64,000 nucleotides of DNA, taken from NCBI GenBank assembly GCA_964371245.1, contig CAYJKP010000001.1, positions 187,042 through 251,041 on the forward strand, written 5' to 3'. Below are positions 1-8,903 of this stretch, piece by piece (the first letter of the stretch is position 1; each line of letters opens with the position of its first letter). Below the pieces are notes generated by a model. That model was not told the origin of the DNA and did not search any database. It saw only the letters and a program-made list of their open reading frames with translations. Source of the DNA: an uncultured Gammaproteobacteria bacterium (lineage in GTDB: Bacteria; Patescibacteriota; Patescibacteriia; JAHIZJ01). Made by a program: the position numbers and the translations under genes.

Positions 1-1116
1 TTGGAAAACTTTTCCGTTGTCATGCTTGGCCTTTCGCCATACATCACCGCCACGATCATCTTTCAATTGTTGGCTATGATCATCCCGAAATTGGCGGAAT
101 TGCAGAAAGAAGGAGAGCGCGGCCAGCAAAAAATAAATCAATATTCGCGGATTTTAACTGTTCCACTGGCGATCCTGCAGGCATACGGCACGATCACGGT
201 CTTACGGCGCAGCGGCCAAGGCGCAACCGGCGGGCTATCCAGCGTGCCGGGGGGGATTATTGGAGATTTATCACCCTTTCAGCTCGCGACCGCAATTGTG
301 GCAATTGTCGCCGGCAGTATGTTCCTGATGTGGCTGGGCGAACTCATATCCGAGAAGCAAATTGGCAATGGCATTTCCTTGCTGATCTTTGCCGGTATCG
401 TGGCAGGGGTGCCGTCGGCCGTTCAAAAAACGTTCGCTGTTTTTGATCCGACCAAGCTGGCTGGTTTATTGGCTTTTGCGGCTGTTGGTGTGATCACGAT
501 CGCTGGCGTTGTATTCATAACCGAAGGGCAACGAAACATACCCGTTGCCTATGCCCGGCAAATCCGGGGGCGGCGCATGTACGGTGGCACAAGCACGCAT
601 CTGCCGATGCGCGTCAATCAAGCGGGCGTAATCCCAATTATTTTCGCAATTTCTTTATTACTGTTGCCTTCGGTGGTCGCCCAATTCTTTGCCCAGTCGC
701 GGTCGCCCGCCTTAGCAAATTTTGCTCATGGCGTGGTTAATCTCTTTAATAACCAGGTATTCTATGGCGGGTTCTATTTTCTACTGGTGGTCGTCTTTAC
801 GTATTTTTACACCGCCGTCATATTCCACCCTGATCAAATTTCCGAAAACCTCCAAAAACAAGGCGGCTTTATACCCGGCATTCGCCCTGGCATGCAGACG
901 GCAGTTTATTTAAATAAGGTGAGCAATCGTATTTTGCTGACCGGCGCACTCTTTCTGGGTGTGATCGCGATCTTGCCTTTTGTGATGCAAGCAGCCACCG
1001 GCTTGAGCACTCTCGTCGTTGGCGGTACCAGCCTCCTCATCGTCGTGAGCGTGGTCATTGAAACCGTCAAGCAGATCAACGCCCAATTGCAGATGCGCGA
1101 CTACGAAGGCTTCTAA
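1..1116 (+). CDS. secY: Preprotein translocase subunit SecY (5' truncated at window edge)
   Basis: The open frame starts at the window edge. Multi-TM protein with SecY-like segments ([22 protein letters not shown]), followed by adk-map as in the spc operon tail. Confidence 0.85.
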   Translation: MENFSVVMLGLSPYITATIIFQLLAMIIPKLAELQKEGERGQQKINQYSRILTVPLAILQAYGTITVLRRSGQGATGGLSSVPGGIIGDLSPFQLATAIVAIVAGSMFLMWLGELISEKQIGNGISLLIFAGIVAGVPSAVQKTFAVFDPTKLAGLLAFAAVGVITIAGVVFITEGQRNIPVAYARQIRGRRMYGGTSTHLPMRVNQAGVIPIIFAISLLLLPSVVAQFFAQSRSPALANFAHGVVNLFNNQVFYGGFYFLLVVVFTYFYTAVIFHPDQISENLQKQGGFIPGIRPGMQTAVYLNKVSNRILLTGALFLGVIAILPFVMQAATGLSTLVVGGTSLLIVVSVVIETVKQINAQLQMRDYEGF

Positions 1117-1129
1117 GACCGGAGCCTTT

Positions 1130-1822
1130 ATGGAAAAAATTATTCCAAAAATCGTAATTTTGCTCGGCCCGCCTGGGTCGGGCAAGGGAACGCAGGCCAA
1201 ACTCTTGCAAGAGCGGTATGATTATCATTACCTTTCGACCGGCGACCTGATTCGCGAAGCGATCAAAAAAGCGGCTACGGGCGACCCGCTCGCGATGGAA
1301 ATAAAGAGTCGCTATGATCAGGGCGAGCCCCAGCCCGACAACTTAATCTTGAAAATGGTTCGTGAAAAACTCAACGCGGTTAATCTTCGCGAAGGGATTA
1401 TCTTTGACGCTTTTCCGTTATCCGACCGCCAGGCTTGGGGTTTAGATGAGATCATCGAGGAGTCGGGGAAGCCCGAAGTGGTGGCGCTGAATATCGAGGT
1501 CGGTGAAGAGGAGACGATAACGCGCTTAAGCCTTCGAAAATATTGCCCACAAGATAACTCAGTTTACTATCCGAAATCGCCGACCTATGACCAGGATCTC
1601 TGCGCTGTTTGTGGCGGGAAACTGGTTCGGCGGGCTGATGACGCACCGGCAGTGGTGCGGGAGCGATATCAAGCGTACCAATCGCGAATTCGGTCGCTCG
1701 TCCATTTTTATGAGAAACGACGTCAATTAATACGGGTGGATGGAGAACAGACGGTTGAGGGGGTGGCCGAAGAAATGTTTAAAAAACTCGGCGCCTATCA
1801 ACCGACTGCGACGAACGCATGA
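1130..1822 (+). CDS. adk: Adenylate kinase with Cys/Asp zinc-lid variant
   Basis: ATG at 1130 gives MEKIIPKIVILLGPPGSGKGTQ (P-loop). Lid reads CPQD...CAVCGG. The ORF track's 1058 start is an upstream extension into secY. Confidence 0.9.
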   Translation: MEKIIPKIVILLGPPGSGKGTQAKLLQERYDYHYLSTGDLIREAIKKAATGDPLAMEIKSRYDQGEPQPDNLILKMVREKLNAVNLREGIIFDAFPLSDRQAWGLDEIIEESGKPEVVALNIEVGEEETITRLSLRKYCPQDNSVYYPKSPTYDQDLCAVCGGKLVRRADDAPAVVRERYQAYQSRIRSLVHFYEKRRQLIRVDGEQTVEGVAEEMFKKLGAYQPTATNA

Positions 1823-2577
1823 TTTCAATAAAAAACCAGCGTGAAATAGAGTTCTTACGACAGGGCGGGAAAATCCTCGCCCGCGTTTTGAATACCGTCA
1901 TGGCGACGGTACGGCCAGGCGTTTCAACTCAGGAATTGAACGATCTGGCCGAAAAACTTATTCTTGAGGCAGGCGCCGAGCCATCCTTTAAAAACTATCA
2001 GGGCTTTCCGGCCGTACTGTGCACCTCGGTCAATGAACAAGTCGTCCACGCCATTCCTCGGCCAGACGTCATAATCCGCGATGGTGATATTATCGGCCTT
2101 GATCTCGGCCTTTGGTACAAAGGCTTGTGTACGGACATGGCCCGGACGGTCGGCGTTGGTCATATTTCAAACGAGAACCGGCGACTGATTCGCGTGACCG
2201 AGCGGGCGCTTGGCAAGGCACTTGCCCAGGTCTCGCCCGGTAATCGGATTGGCGATATATCCGCCGCGGTACAACGCTGGGTCGAGTCGCAGGGTTTTTC
2301 AGTGGTCCGTTCACTCTTCGGGCATGGCGTTGGCTATGCCGTGCACGAGGAACCGAGAATTCCGAATTACGGACGGCCGCACACTGGACCAGTTCTCGAA
2401 ACGGGCATGGTGTTAGCGATTGAGCCGATGGTTACGGTTGGCCACTATGACGTTCATACGGCCGATGACGGCTGGTCAATATCGACCCGAGATCGCTCAT
2501 TGGCAGCCCATACGGAAGACACCGTCGTGGTGACCGATGACGGTTGTGAAATATTAACGAAAAATTCGGATGGGTAA
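1819..2577 (+). CDS. map: Methionine aminopeptidase type I
   Basis: ATGA overlap with the adk stop. MetAP motifs (FKNYQGFP, metal-binding D/H/E region GHGVGYAVHEEP). Confidence 0.9.
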   Translation: MISIKNQREIEFLRQGGKILARVLNTVMATVRPGVSTQELNDLAEKLILEAGAEPSFKNYQGFPAVLCTSVNEQVVHAIPRPDVIIRDGDIIGLDLGLWYKGLCTDMARTVGVGHISNENRRLIRVTERALGKALAQVSPGNRIGDISAAVQRWVESQGFSVVRSLFGHGVGYAVHEEPRIPNYGRPHTGPVLETGMVLAIEPMVTVGHYDVHTADDGWSISTRDRSLAAHTEDTVVVTDDGCEILTKNSDG

Positions 2578-2980
2578 GATATTGGCAATCGACTTTGGTC
2601 AGCGTCGGATCGGTCTGGCGTTATCGGACGACAAGCAAATTTTTGCCTTACCGCGGCCGACGCTAGAAGTGAACCGTTGGCAGGACGCCCTGGTCACGAT
2701 CCGGCAATTATGTGATGAAGAAAAAGTTGAACGGATAATCGTCGGCCAGCCGGTCTCGCTCGCGGGCGTACAGACCAAACGAAACGATCTCGATGTGTTT
2801 GTGGCTGCATTGCGTGACGCCTCCGGACGACCGATCGAAACCGTGGATGAACGCTTGACCAGCCGACAGGCGGAACGCGAGCTCGCCGGTCTATCGAAGC
2901 GCCGGGCCAAAGGCGATATTGACCGCTTATCAGCCGTCATTATCCTAGAAAATTATCTCGAACGCTACCGTGGCCGTTAG
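2570..2980 (+). CDS. ruvX: Putative Holliday junction resolvase / pre-16S rRNA nuclease RuvX (YqgF)
   Basis: N-terminus ILAIDFGQRRIGLALSD is typical of YqgF/RuvX. 136 aa. Confidence 0.85.
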   Translation: MGKILAIDFGQRRIGLALSDDKQIFALPRPTLEVNRWQDALVTIRQLCDEEKVERIIVGQPVSLAGVQTKRNDLDVFVAALRDASGRPIETVDERLTSRQAERELAGLSKRRAKGDIDRLSAVIILENYLERYRGR

Positions 2981-4076
2981 TAATTACATTATTGCATTTA
3001 TCGTCAGTCTCTGCCTCGCTTTTATTATTACCCAGGGCATCCGGAGGCTGGCAAGTAGACATCAAATCGTCGATCGTCCCGAAACCGATCCATCACGAAA
3101 AATTCACACCCAACCGATCCCGCTCTTGGGTGGGTTGTCGCTTTTTATCACCATCGCCGTCATGATCGGCGTTTTTTGTGTTATTCAGAATCGCTTACTT
3201 GGCGGCTATCTCTTGCCAAAGCATCTCGTCGGCGTCCTCGTGGGCGGCCTGATTATCATGTTTGGCGGGTACCTGGACGACCGGTATCGCTTGTCTCCAG
3301 GAAAGCAGATTATCTTTCCTATCCTCGCCAGCCTCGTTATTATCGCGAGCGGCATCGGCGTGCAGTATATTTCAAATCCATTCGGCCGCGCCATTCAGCT
3401 CGATTCTATCCGCCTGGTTCTATTTACCTGGCACGGCCTGCCGTATGGAATAACTCTTTTTAGCGATCTCTTCGCCTTTGTTTGGCTGATGGGCATGATG
3501 TATACGACAAAATTTCTTGACGGTCTCGATGGCTTGTCAACCGGCATCGGCACCATCGGCGCGGTGATCATTTTCTTTCTGAGTCTGGCCAAGACGGTGG
3601 CGCAACCGGAAACAGCGCTCCTCAGCATAATTTTCGCCGGCGCGGGCGTAGGCTTTCTGCTCCACAATTTTCACCCGGCAAAAATCTTCCTGGGTGAAGG
3701 CGGGAGTGTTTTTATCGGCTTTTTCTTGGGCGTTTTATCGATTATCTCAGGCGCGAAAATTGCCACCGCCTTGCTTATCATGGGCATACCGATACTCGAC
3801 GCGCTCTGGGTGATCGTGCGCCGCGTTTTCTGGGAACATCGGCCGATTGCCTCGGGCGACAAGAAACACCTCCATTTCCGTTTGCTCGACGCCGGCCTGT
3901 CGCATCGCCAAGCGGTGATTTTTCTCTACGTGATGACAGCTGGTTTTGGTATGGCAGGATTATATTTTCAAGGCCGAACGAAAATATACACTTTAATAGC
4001 GCTGGCCGTCTTTATGATCATCCTGGCGGGTGTTGTGGTATTTATGTATCGCCGAAAAGTAAGGCAACGCGTATGA
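2970..4076 (+). CDS. Glycosyltransferase family 4, polyprenyl-phosphate HexNAc-1-P transferase (WecA/TagO-like, MraY superfamily)
   Basis: 10-11 TM protein. DRPxxxPxRKIHTxPIPxLGG N-terminal motif and DGLDGL motif. The N-terminal motif favours WecA/TagO over MraY. Confidence 0.7.
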   Translation: MAVSNYIIAFIVSLCLAFIITQGIRRLASRHQIVDRPETDPSRKIHTQPIPLLGGLSLFITIAVMIGVFCVIQNRLLGGYLLPKHLVGVLVGGLIIMFGGYLDDRYRLSPGKQIIFPILASLVIIASGIGVQYISNPFGRAIQLDSIRLVLFTWHGLPYGITLFSDLFAFVWLMGMMYTTKFLDGLDGLSTGIGTIGAVIIFFLSLAKTVAQPETALLSIIFAGAGVGFLLHNFHPAKIFLGEGGSVFIGFFLGVLSIISGAKIATALLIMGIPILDALWVIVRRVFWEHRPIASGDKKHLHFRLLDAGLSHRQAVIFLYVMTAGFGMAGLYFQGRTKIYTLIALAVFMIILAGVVVFMYRRKVRQRV

Positions 4077-4951
4077 AGGTGGCCATGATCGGGCCAGCGT
4101 GTCGGGATCGCAATAGTATGGACGGTCGGGTTTACGAGAGCCTTGGCGGTACCGTTTTCCATACGGGTAACGCTCTTGCCGCGCTTGGGGTTGAGGTTAC
4201 ATTTTTTGTGGCAATTGGACCGGATGTTACCGACTGGCGAACGAATTTTCCCGCCTCAAATGTTTTCCAGCTTCCAGTCGCAGGCACTCATATACACGAA
4301 AACATCGAAACATCGGCTCAGCCGGGCGTGCGGGTGTGTCGCGCCCAGCCCGCTGATATGGGCATTACGATTGAACATTTTCGTGACCATGATCTCTCGC
4401 GATATGATTATATTATCTTAGGGCCGCTGTTTCATACCGATCTGACGAAAGAATTTGTCTCGTTCGCCTCCCGATTTCCAGGGAAACTGGTACTGGAACC
4501 GCAGGGGATGATTCGTTATCTTGAAAACGGCAGCCATGTTTTTCGCCATCCGGAAAATGTCGTGTCGGTGCTATCCGAGGTGGATATCTTCATCTCCGAT
4601 GCAGAAGAAGCCGCTTTTATTACTCAGAGAAAAGAGAAAGACGAGGCGATCTCGTTTATTCTAGATCGCGGCGTAGCCCAGGTAATTATTACGCAAGGGG
4701 AACGCGGCTCAATTATCGCCACCGCGCAAGAACGGCACCAGATTCCGGCGTTTTCTCCTTCGACGATTGTTCACCCGATTGGCGCGGGCGACACGTATCT
4801 CGCCGGTTTTATAAAAGCACAAGAACTGTTTACTGATCCGTCCCAGCAGGGTTCGTTTGCGGCCATGGCGGCGACACTGTCGCTTGAACAATCCGATTCG
4901 TTCAGTCAATCCACTGAGGTGGTACTCGCGCGCCTCAGGCGGAAACCTTGA
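4073..4951 (+). CDS. PfkB-family carbohydrate/ribo-kinase
   Basis: C-terminal GAGDTYLAGF (PfkB signature 2), about 290 aa. Confidence 0.7.
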   Translation: MKVAMIGPACRDRNSMDGRVYESLGGTVFHTGNALAALGVEVTFFVAIGPDVTDWRTNFPASNVFQLPVAGTHIHENIETSAQPGVRVCRAQPADMGITIEHFRDHDLSRYDYIILGPLFHTDLTKEFVSFASRFPGKLVLEPQGMIRYLENGSHVFRHPENVVSVLSEVDIFISDAEEAAFITQRKEKDEAISFILDRGVAQVIITQGERGSIIATAQERHQIPAFSPSTIVHPIGAGDTYLAGFIKAQELFTDPSQQGSFAAMAATLSLEQSDSFSQSTEVVLARLRRKP

Positions 4952-4976
4952 CATGAGAACAATAATCGAATATACT
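4948..4976 (+). promoter_or_regulatory. Sigma-70-like promoter of rplU (TTGACA-17-TATACT)
   Basis: TTGACA at 4948-4953, 17-nt spacer, TATACT at 4971-4976, about 28 nt upstream of the rplU ATG. Confidence 0.5.
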
Positions 4977-5004
4977 TCATACTGTTATTCATTAATTTTT
5001 CGTT

Positions 5005-5325
5005 ATGTACGCAGTCATTAAAACCGGAGGCAAGCAGTATCTCGTTAAAGAAAAAACCAGGCTGAGCGTTGAGAAGCTCATCGCCAATGAAGGGGAAATC
5101 CTCACGCTGACGCAAGTGCTCATGTTGGCTGACGAAACCGGGAAAACGGTGACCGTCGGAAAGCCAACCGTTTCGGGAGCGACAGTTACGGCCAAGGTTC
5201 TCAAACAAGGTAAACTGCCAAAAGTGACCGTGATCAAGTATAAGGCCAAGGTCCGGTATCGCCGGAAACGGGGCCACCGCCAGCCGTTCACCGAGCTGGA
5301 AATTACCAAGATTTCGGCCAAATAG
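5005..5325 (+). CDS. rplU: 50S ribosomal protein L21
   Basis: MYAVIKTGGKQYLVKEK... is the canonical L21 N-terminus. 106 aa. No rpmA follows. Confidence 0.9.
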   Translation: MYAVIKTGGKQYLVKEKTRLSVEKLIANEGEILTLTQVLMLADETGKTVTVGKPTVSGATVTAKVLKQGKLPKVTVIKYKAKVRYRRKRGHRQPFTELEITKISAK

Positions 5326-5332
5326 ACTGGAT

Positions 5333-5370
5333 AAAAAAAACGAATCGCATATGCGGCTCGTTTTTTGTTT
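5333..5370. terminator. Bidirectional intrinsic terminator between convergent rplU and recR
   Basis: A8 run, imperfect hairpin cgaatcgcat/atgcggctcg, T6 run. Lies between convergent gene ends. Confidence 0.6.
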
Positions 5371-5373
5371 TTA

Positions 5374-5973
5374 CTAGTGTCGTCCTTTAAGCGCGTCAGC
5401 CAGGGTTACTTCGTCGGCGTATTCGAGGTCCGCTCCAACGGGTAGCCCACGCGCCAGTCGGCTTACTTTGGCAACGTGGGGCTGGAGTATTTTCTTCAGA
5501 TAGAGTCCGGTTGACTCGCCCTCAACATCCGGGTTTAAGGCGAGGATGACCTCTTTAATTTTTGGCTGGTTTTTTTTCAGCCGCTCGACTAGCAGGCGGA
5601 TGTTCAGACGGTCCGGCGTGATCCCCTCGACTGGATTCAAAACGCCGCCGAGAACGAAATAGAGGCCGTTGTATTCTCGGGTTTTTTCGAGTATCTGAAC
5701 TTGGGGCGATTCCGCGACCACGCAGAGCATAGTTTTATCGCGGCTGCTCGACCGGCAAATGGCGCAGGGATTATATTCGGCGAAGGCATGGCAGGTATTG
5801 CAGACAACCACCTTATCACGCAACGCTTTGATTGCCTGAGCCAGCGAATCGACGGTCGTGCGCGGCTGGCGCAATAAATAATAGACAAAACGCTCGGACG
5901 TTTTTGGTCCGATGCCAGGAAGCTTGTTGAATTCTTCGATGAGATTTTGGATTGGTTTCGGGAACTGAGGCAT
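5374..5973 (-). CDS. recR: Recombination protein RecR
   Basis: HhH N-terminus (LPGIGPKTSER), C4 zinc finger CNTCHAFAEYNPCAIC, Toprim region. Confidence 0.9.
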   Translation of the reverse strand: MPQFPKPIQNLIEEFNKLPGIGPKTSERFVYYLLRQPRTTVDSLAQAIKALRDKVVVCNTCHAFAEYNPCAICRSSSRDKTMLCVVAESPQVQILEKTREYNGLYFVLGGVLNPVEGITPDRLNIRLLVERLKKNQPKIKEVILALNPDVEGESTGLYLKKILQPHVAKVSRLARGLPVGADLEYADEVTLADALKGRH

Positions 5974-5978
5974 AGGGA

Positions 5979-6269
5979 TCAGGACAAACCCGGTAAATTG
6001 TAGCCGCCCGATCGGAATTTCGCGGCCATAAGGTTTTGCACCTTTTTCACGGCGTCATTCATTGCTTCCTTCAAATCACGTTCAAGCGCTTGCTTCTCAT
6101 CGGGCGTCAGCCGTTCAGGCTGAATCTCAAGGCTGACCACTTCCTGATTGCCATTCATAACCAGGGCAATGCCGCGGTGGTCGACCCGAACCTGCTCGTC
6201 GCCGAGCTGCGATTGGAGTTTTTTCGCTTGGTCGCGAAGATCCTTGTATTGTTTAAGCTTTTCAAACAT
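5979..6269 (-). CDS. ybaB: Nucleoid-associated protein YbaB/EbfC
   Basis: 96 aa, MFEKLKQYKDLRDQAKKLQ..., immediately upstream of recR as in the conserved ybaB-recR pair. Confidence 0.85.
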   Translation of the reverse strand: MFEKLKQYKDLRDQAKKLQSQLGDEQVRVDHRGIALVMNGNQEVVSLEIQPERLTPDEKQALERDLKEAMNDAVKKVQNLMAAKFRSGGYNLPGLS

Positions 6270-6281
6270 AGAGGTAACGTT

Positions 6282-7697
6282 TTAAAACGGCGCCGCTTCC
6301 TCGCTGGTTGGGGAAAATCGTTCGCCGATATCGCTCTCGAAGCAGACGCTGTGCTCATTAAAGCGAAGTTTCACCAGTCCAGTCGGACCGTTGCGATGTT
6401 TGGCGATGTGGACCTCAACCAAATTTGCTTCTTCGGGCCGGATGTCTTCGCGGCGATAATTCCGGTCCATCATCTTGCGGTAAATAAACATGACCACGTC
6501 GGCGTCTTGTTCGATCGAGCCGGATTCACGCAGGTGGGCCAGTTTCGGTATGGCCGGCTTGCTCATTTCCACGGCCCGCGAAAGCTGGGACAAGCCGATG
6601 ACTGGCACTTGAAGCTCGCGGGCGACGGCTTTCAGACCGCGGGTGATTTCGGCCACTTCCTGGACGCGATTATCGGTTAGCCCGCGGCCTTCCATAAGCT
6701 GGAGATAGTCAACGATAATGAGGTCGAGATTTGCTTCAGATTTTAAACGGCGCGCCTTGGTGCGAATTTCCATAACGTTCGCCAGGGGGGAATCATCAAT
6801 GTAGATGTTCGCTTCGGAAAGTTTGCCCATGGCATGGCCGATGGCAGCAAAATCATCGTTTTCACCCTCGGCTGTCAGCCGCCCCGTTCGGAATTTCCAG
6901 AGGCTGATCCGCGCCTCAGAGCAGAGCAGACGGTCAATTAATTGCTCCTTTGACATTTCCAAGCTGAAGATCGCAACTGCAGCCTTATGCTTGATCGCCG
7001 CCAAGCGTGCAAAATCAAGAGCGAGCGAGGTTTTTCCGACTGACGGACGAGCCGCCAAGATAATTAGATCGGATTTTTGAAAGCCGGCGAGTAGGTTGTC
7101 GAGATCGGGAAAGCCGCTCGGCAAGCCCCGCAGCTTGCCGCTTTCGCGGTGGAGCTCGTCCATCCGCTCAAAGGCATCCGTCAGCAATTCTTTGATCGGG
7201 ACGAAATTCTGCTTGAGGTATTTTTGTGAGACGCTGAACAACGACTGCTCGGCTTTATCAAGGATGAAGTCGACTTCATTCTCTTCGTGAAAACCCATGG
7301 AGGCAATTTCAGAAGCCGATTCGATCAGCCGGCGCAAAGTTGCCTTTTTCTGGACCACGTTGGCGTAATGAACAACGTTGCCGGCGGTCGGCACGATATT
7401 CGTCAGGGTTGCCAGGTACGACCGTCCGCCAACTGTCTCCAGCCGTCCCGCTTCTTCAAGCTTGTTCGACAAACTTAGGAGATCGATTGGCTCGCGGCGG
7501 GTGTAGAGATCAAGCATGGCCTCAAAGATGAACCGATGGCTATCGCGGTAAAAATCGGACGGCGAGAGAATATCAGCAATTCTGGTGACAGCTTCTTTGT
7601 CAATCAAAAGCGACCCCAAAACCGCCTGTTCGGCTTCCAGGTTTTGCGGAGGCACTTTTTCTATTGTTGTCTTTTGTGTCGATTGGGATTCAGCCAT
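6282..7697 (-). CDS. dnaB: Replicative DNA helicase DnaB
   Basis: Start chosen at ATG 7697 (MAESQSTQ...NLEAEQAVLGSLL). Walker A GKTSLAL, RecA-like C-domain. The ORF track's 8432 start is a spurious antisense extension through dnaQ. An alternative start is at 7733. Confidence 0.85.
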   Translation of the reverse strand: MAESQSTQKTTIEKVPPQNLEAEQAVLGSLLIDKEAVTRIADILSPSDFYRDSHRFIFEAMLDLYTRREPIDLLSLSNKLEEAGRLETVGGRSYLATLTNIVPTAGNVVHYANVVQKKATLRRLIESASEIASMGFHEENEVDFILDKAEQSLFSVSQKYLKQNFVPIKELLTDAFERMDELHRESGKLRGLPSGFPDLDNLLAGFQKSDLIILAARPSVGKTSLALDFARLAAIKHKAAVAIFSLEMSKEQLIDRLLCSEARISLWKFRTGRLTAEGENDDFAAIGHAMGKLSEANIYIDDSPLANVMEIRTKARRLKSEANLDLIIVDYLQLMEGRGLTDNRVQEVAEITRGLKAVARELQVPVIGLSQLSRAVEMSKPAIPKLAHLRESGSIEQDADVVMFIYRKMMDRNYRREDIRPEEANLVEVHIAKHRNGPTGLVKLRFNEHSVCFESDIGERFSPTSEEAAPF

Positions 7698-7856
7698 ATA
7701 CCCGTCAGTTGGCGTGTTTGTTCGTCCTTCCATAGTAGCCAATGGCGCGAAAAATAGCAAGCCTGCCAAGCGCACAGGATGTTCACGCTTTATCCCCATT
7801 TCTATTGGTCGTTTTGGGCTTGCAGCAACGGAAAAAAACGGGTATACTTTCCCAAT

Positions 7857-8477
7857 ATGCCCAATATGAGCCAGGATGAATTCATTGTCGTCGATGTTGA
7901 AACAACCGGGTTTAAACCGACCGAGGGGCATTGTATTATTGAAATCGCGGCGGAACGGTTGCGCGAGTCGAACGTCGTTGATACCTATCATTCGTTGGTC
8001 ATATCCGAACGATCGATTGATCCGGAGACCGTGCTGATCCACGGGATTACTGAGGAATTGTTGCAATTGGAAGGCCGGCCGGTTCACGAGGTGATGCAAG
8101 AATTTGTTTCGTTTATCAAGGATGCCCCGCTCATCGGCCACAATATCGGATTTGATCTCGCCTTCATCAACGCCCATCTCGAACGATTGAGCCTGCCGCG
8201 GCTGACCAACAAAACAATTGATACGATCGAGCTGGCCAGAAAGTATTTGATTATTCCGAGCTATAGCCTGGAAAAGGTCTCGGCCTATCTGAAAGTACCG
8301 CAACCGTCGGCACATCGCGCGCAAGTCGACGTTGAAGTCACGCGGCAAGTGTTTATAAAACTTAACGAACGGGCGCAGGCGAGGGGAGGCAAAGTCGCTC
8401 CTACCCCGGCACAACCCGGGACAAACCCCCAAAGACCGGTGCCGCCGACTGTACCGCCGCCGACCAGGCTTTTCTAA
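7857..8477 (+). CDS. DnaQ-like 3'-5' exonuclease (DNA pol III epsilon family) with Pro-rich C-terminal tail
   Basis: Exo I motif FIVVDVETTGF, Exo II HNIGFDLAF, Exo III YxxxD region. ATG at 7857 (alternative 7866). The low-complexity tail reads PTPAQPGTNPQRPVPPTVPPPT. Confidence 0.7.
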   Translation: MPNMSQDEFIVVDVETTGFKPTEGHCIIEIAAERLRESNVVDTYHSLVISERSIDPETVLIHGITEELLQLEGRPVHEVMQEFVSFIKDAPLIGHNIGFDLAFINAHLERLSLPRLTNKTIDTIELARKYLIIPSYSLEKVSAYLKVPQPSAHRAQVDVEVTRQVFIKLNERAQARGGKVAPTPAQPGTNPQRPVPPTVPPPTRLF

Positions 8478-8564
8478 GCAGTTACATACACGTAATTCGG
8501 GCGTGATTAGGCTCTTGTCAGAATAGTAAATATTTGCTACTTTTCATTACGCGTGAGCCATCGT

Positions 8565-8640
8565 GCGCCCATAGCTCAGTTGGTAGAGCAGCTGCCTTTT
8601 AAGCAGACGGTCGGGGGTTCAAATCCCTCTGGGCGCACCA
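8565..8640 (+). tRNA. tRNA-Lys (anticodon TTT), CCA encoded
   Basis: Cloverleaf: acceptor gcgccca/tgggcgc, anticodon loop cttttaa, T-loop ttcaaat, terminal cca. Confidence 0.9.
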
Positions 8641-8789
8641 TAGAAACCACAACGTGAGTTGAAACGATAGTTACAGGTTTATATATCGAATGGATTTGAA
8701 GGGCAGGAGCGAGGCGACCCTGAACTTGTTTCAGGGGACAGACGAGCAATCGGCGAGCTGCCAGCGGCAGGTCGCCGCTGCCCAGGACC

Positions 8790-8810
8790 CAAATCCCTCT
8801 GGGCGCACCA
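8790..8810 (+). repeat. Second copy of the 21-nt tRNA-Lys 3' end (caaatccctctgggcgcacca), a direct repeat of 8620-8640
   Basis: Exact 21/21 match exactly 170 bp downstream of the copy inside the tRNA. The upstream T-stem is not conserved, so it is not a second tRNA. Confidence 0.8.
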
Positions 8811-8824
8811 GTCGAGAATTATTA

Positions 8825-8849
8825 AACAACTAAAAAAGTTGTTTTTTTA
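8825..8849 (+). terminator. Intrinsic terminator (aacaac-taaaaaa-gttgtt + T7)
   Basis: 6-bp stem, 7-nt loop, T-run. Lies downstream of tRNA-Lys plus the insert and upstream of the ATPase promoter. Confidence 0.6.
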
Positions 8850-8903
8850 TTAGGAACGCTTTATTGAACAATCGCAATATATATGTTAAAATAAAAACCA
8901 GTT

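Noticed and set aside
1058-1129. Upstream extension of adk starting inside secY
   Set aside because: Adenylate kinases begin at the P-loop helix (MEKIIPKIVILLGPPGSGKG). The extension overlaps the secY 3' end and has no Adk homology.
2970-4076. Annotating the GT4 gene as MraY
   Set aside because: The N-terminal DRPxxxxxRKIHxxPIPxLGG motif matches the WecA/TagO subfamily rather than MraY. The call is kept at family level.
6282-8432. 716-aa minus-strand ORF implying a giant N-terminally extended DnaB
   Set aside because: The first 245 codons are antisense to the dnaQ-like gene and have no helicase features. The DnaB N-terminal domain begins at Met 7697 (MAESQ...NLEAEQAVLGSLL), so the extension is a chance open antisense frame.
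8641-8789. A second tRNA or tmRNA-like gene in the insert after tRNA-Lys
   Set aside because: Only the terminal 21 nt match. The upstream sequence cannot form D, anticodon or T arms.
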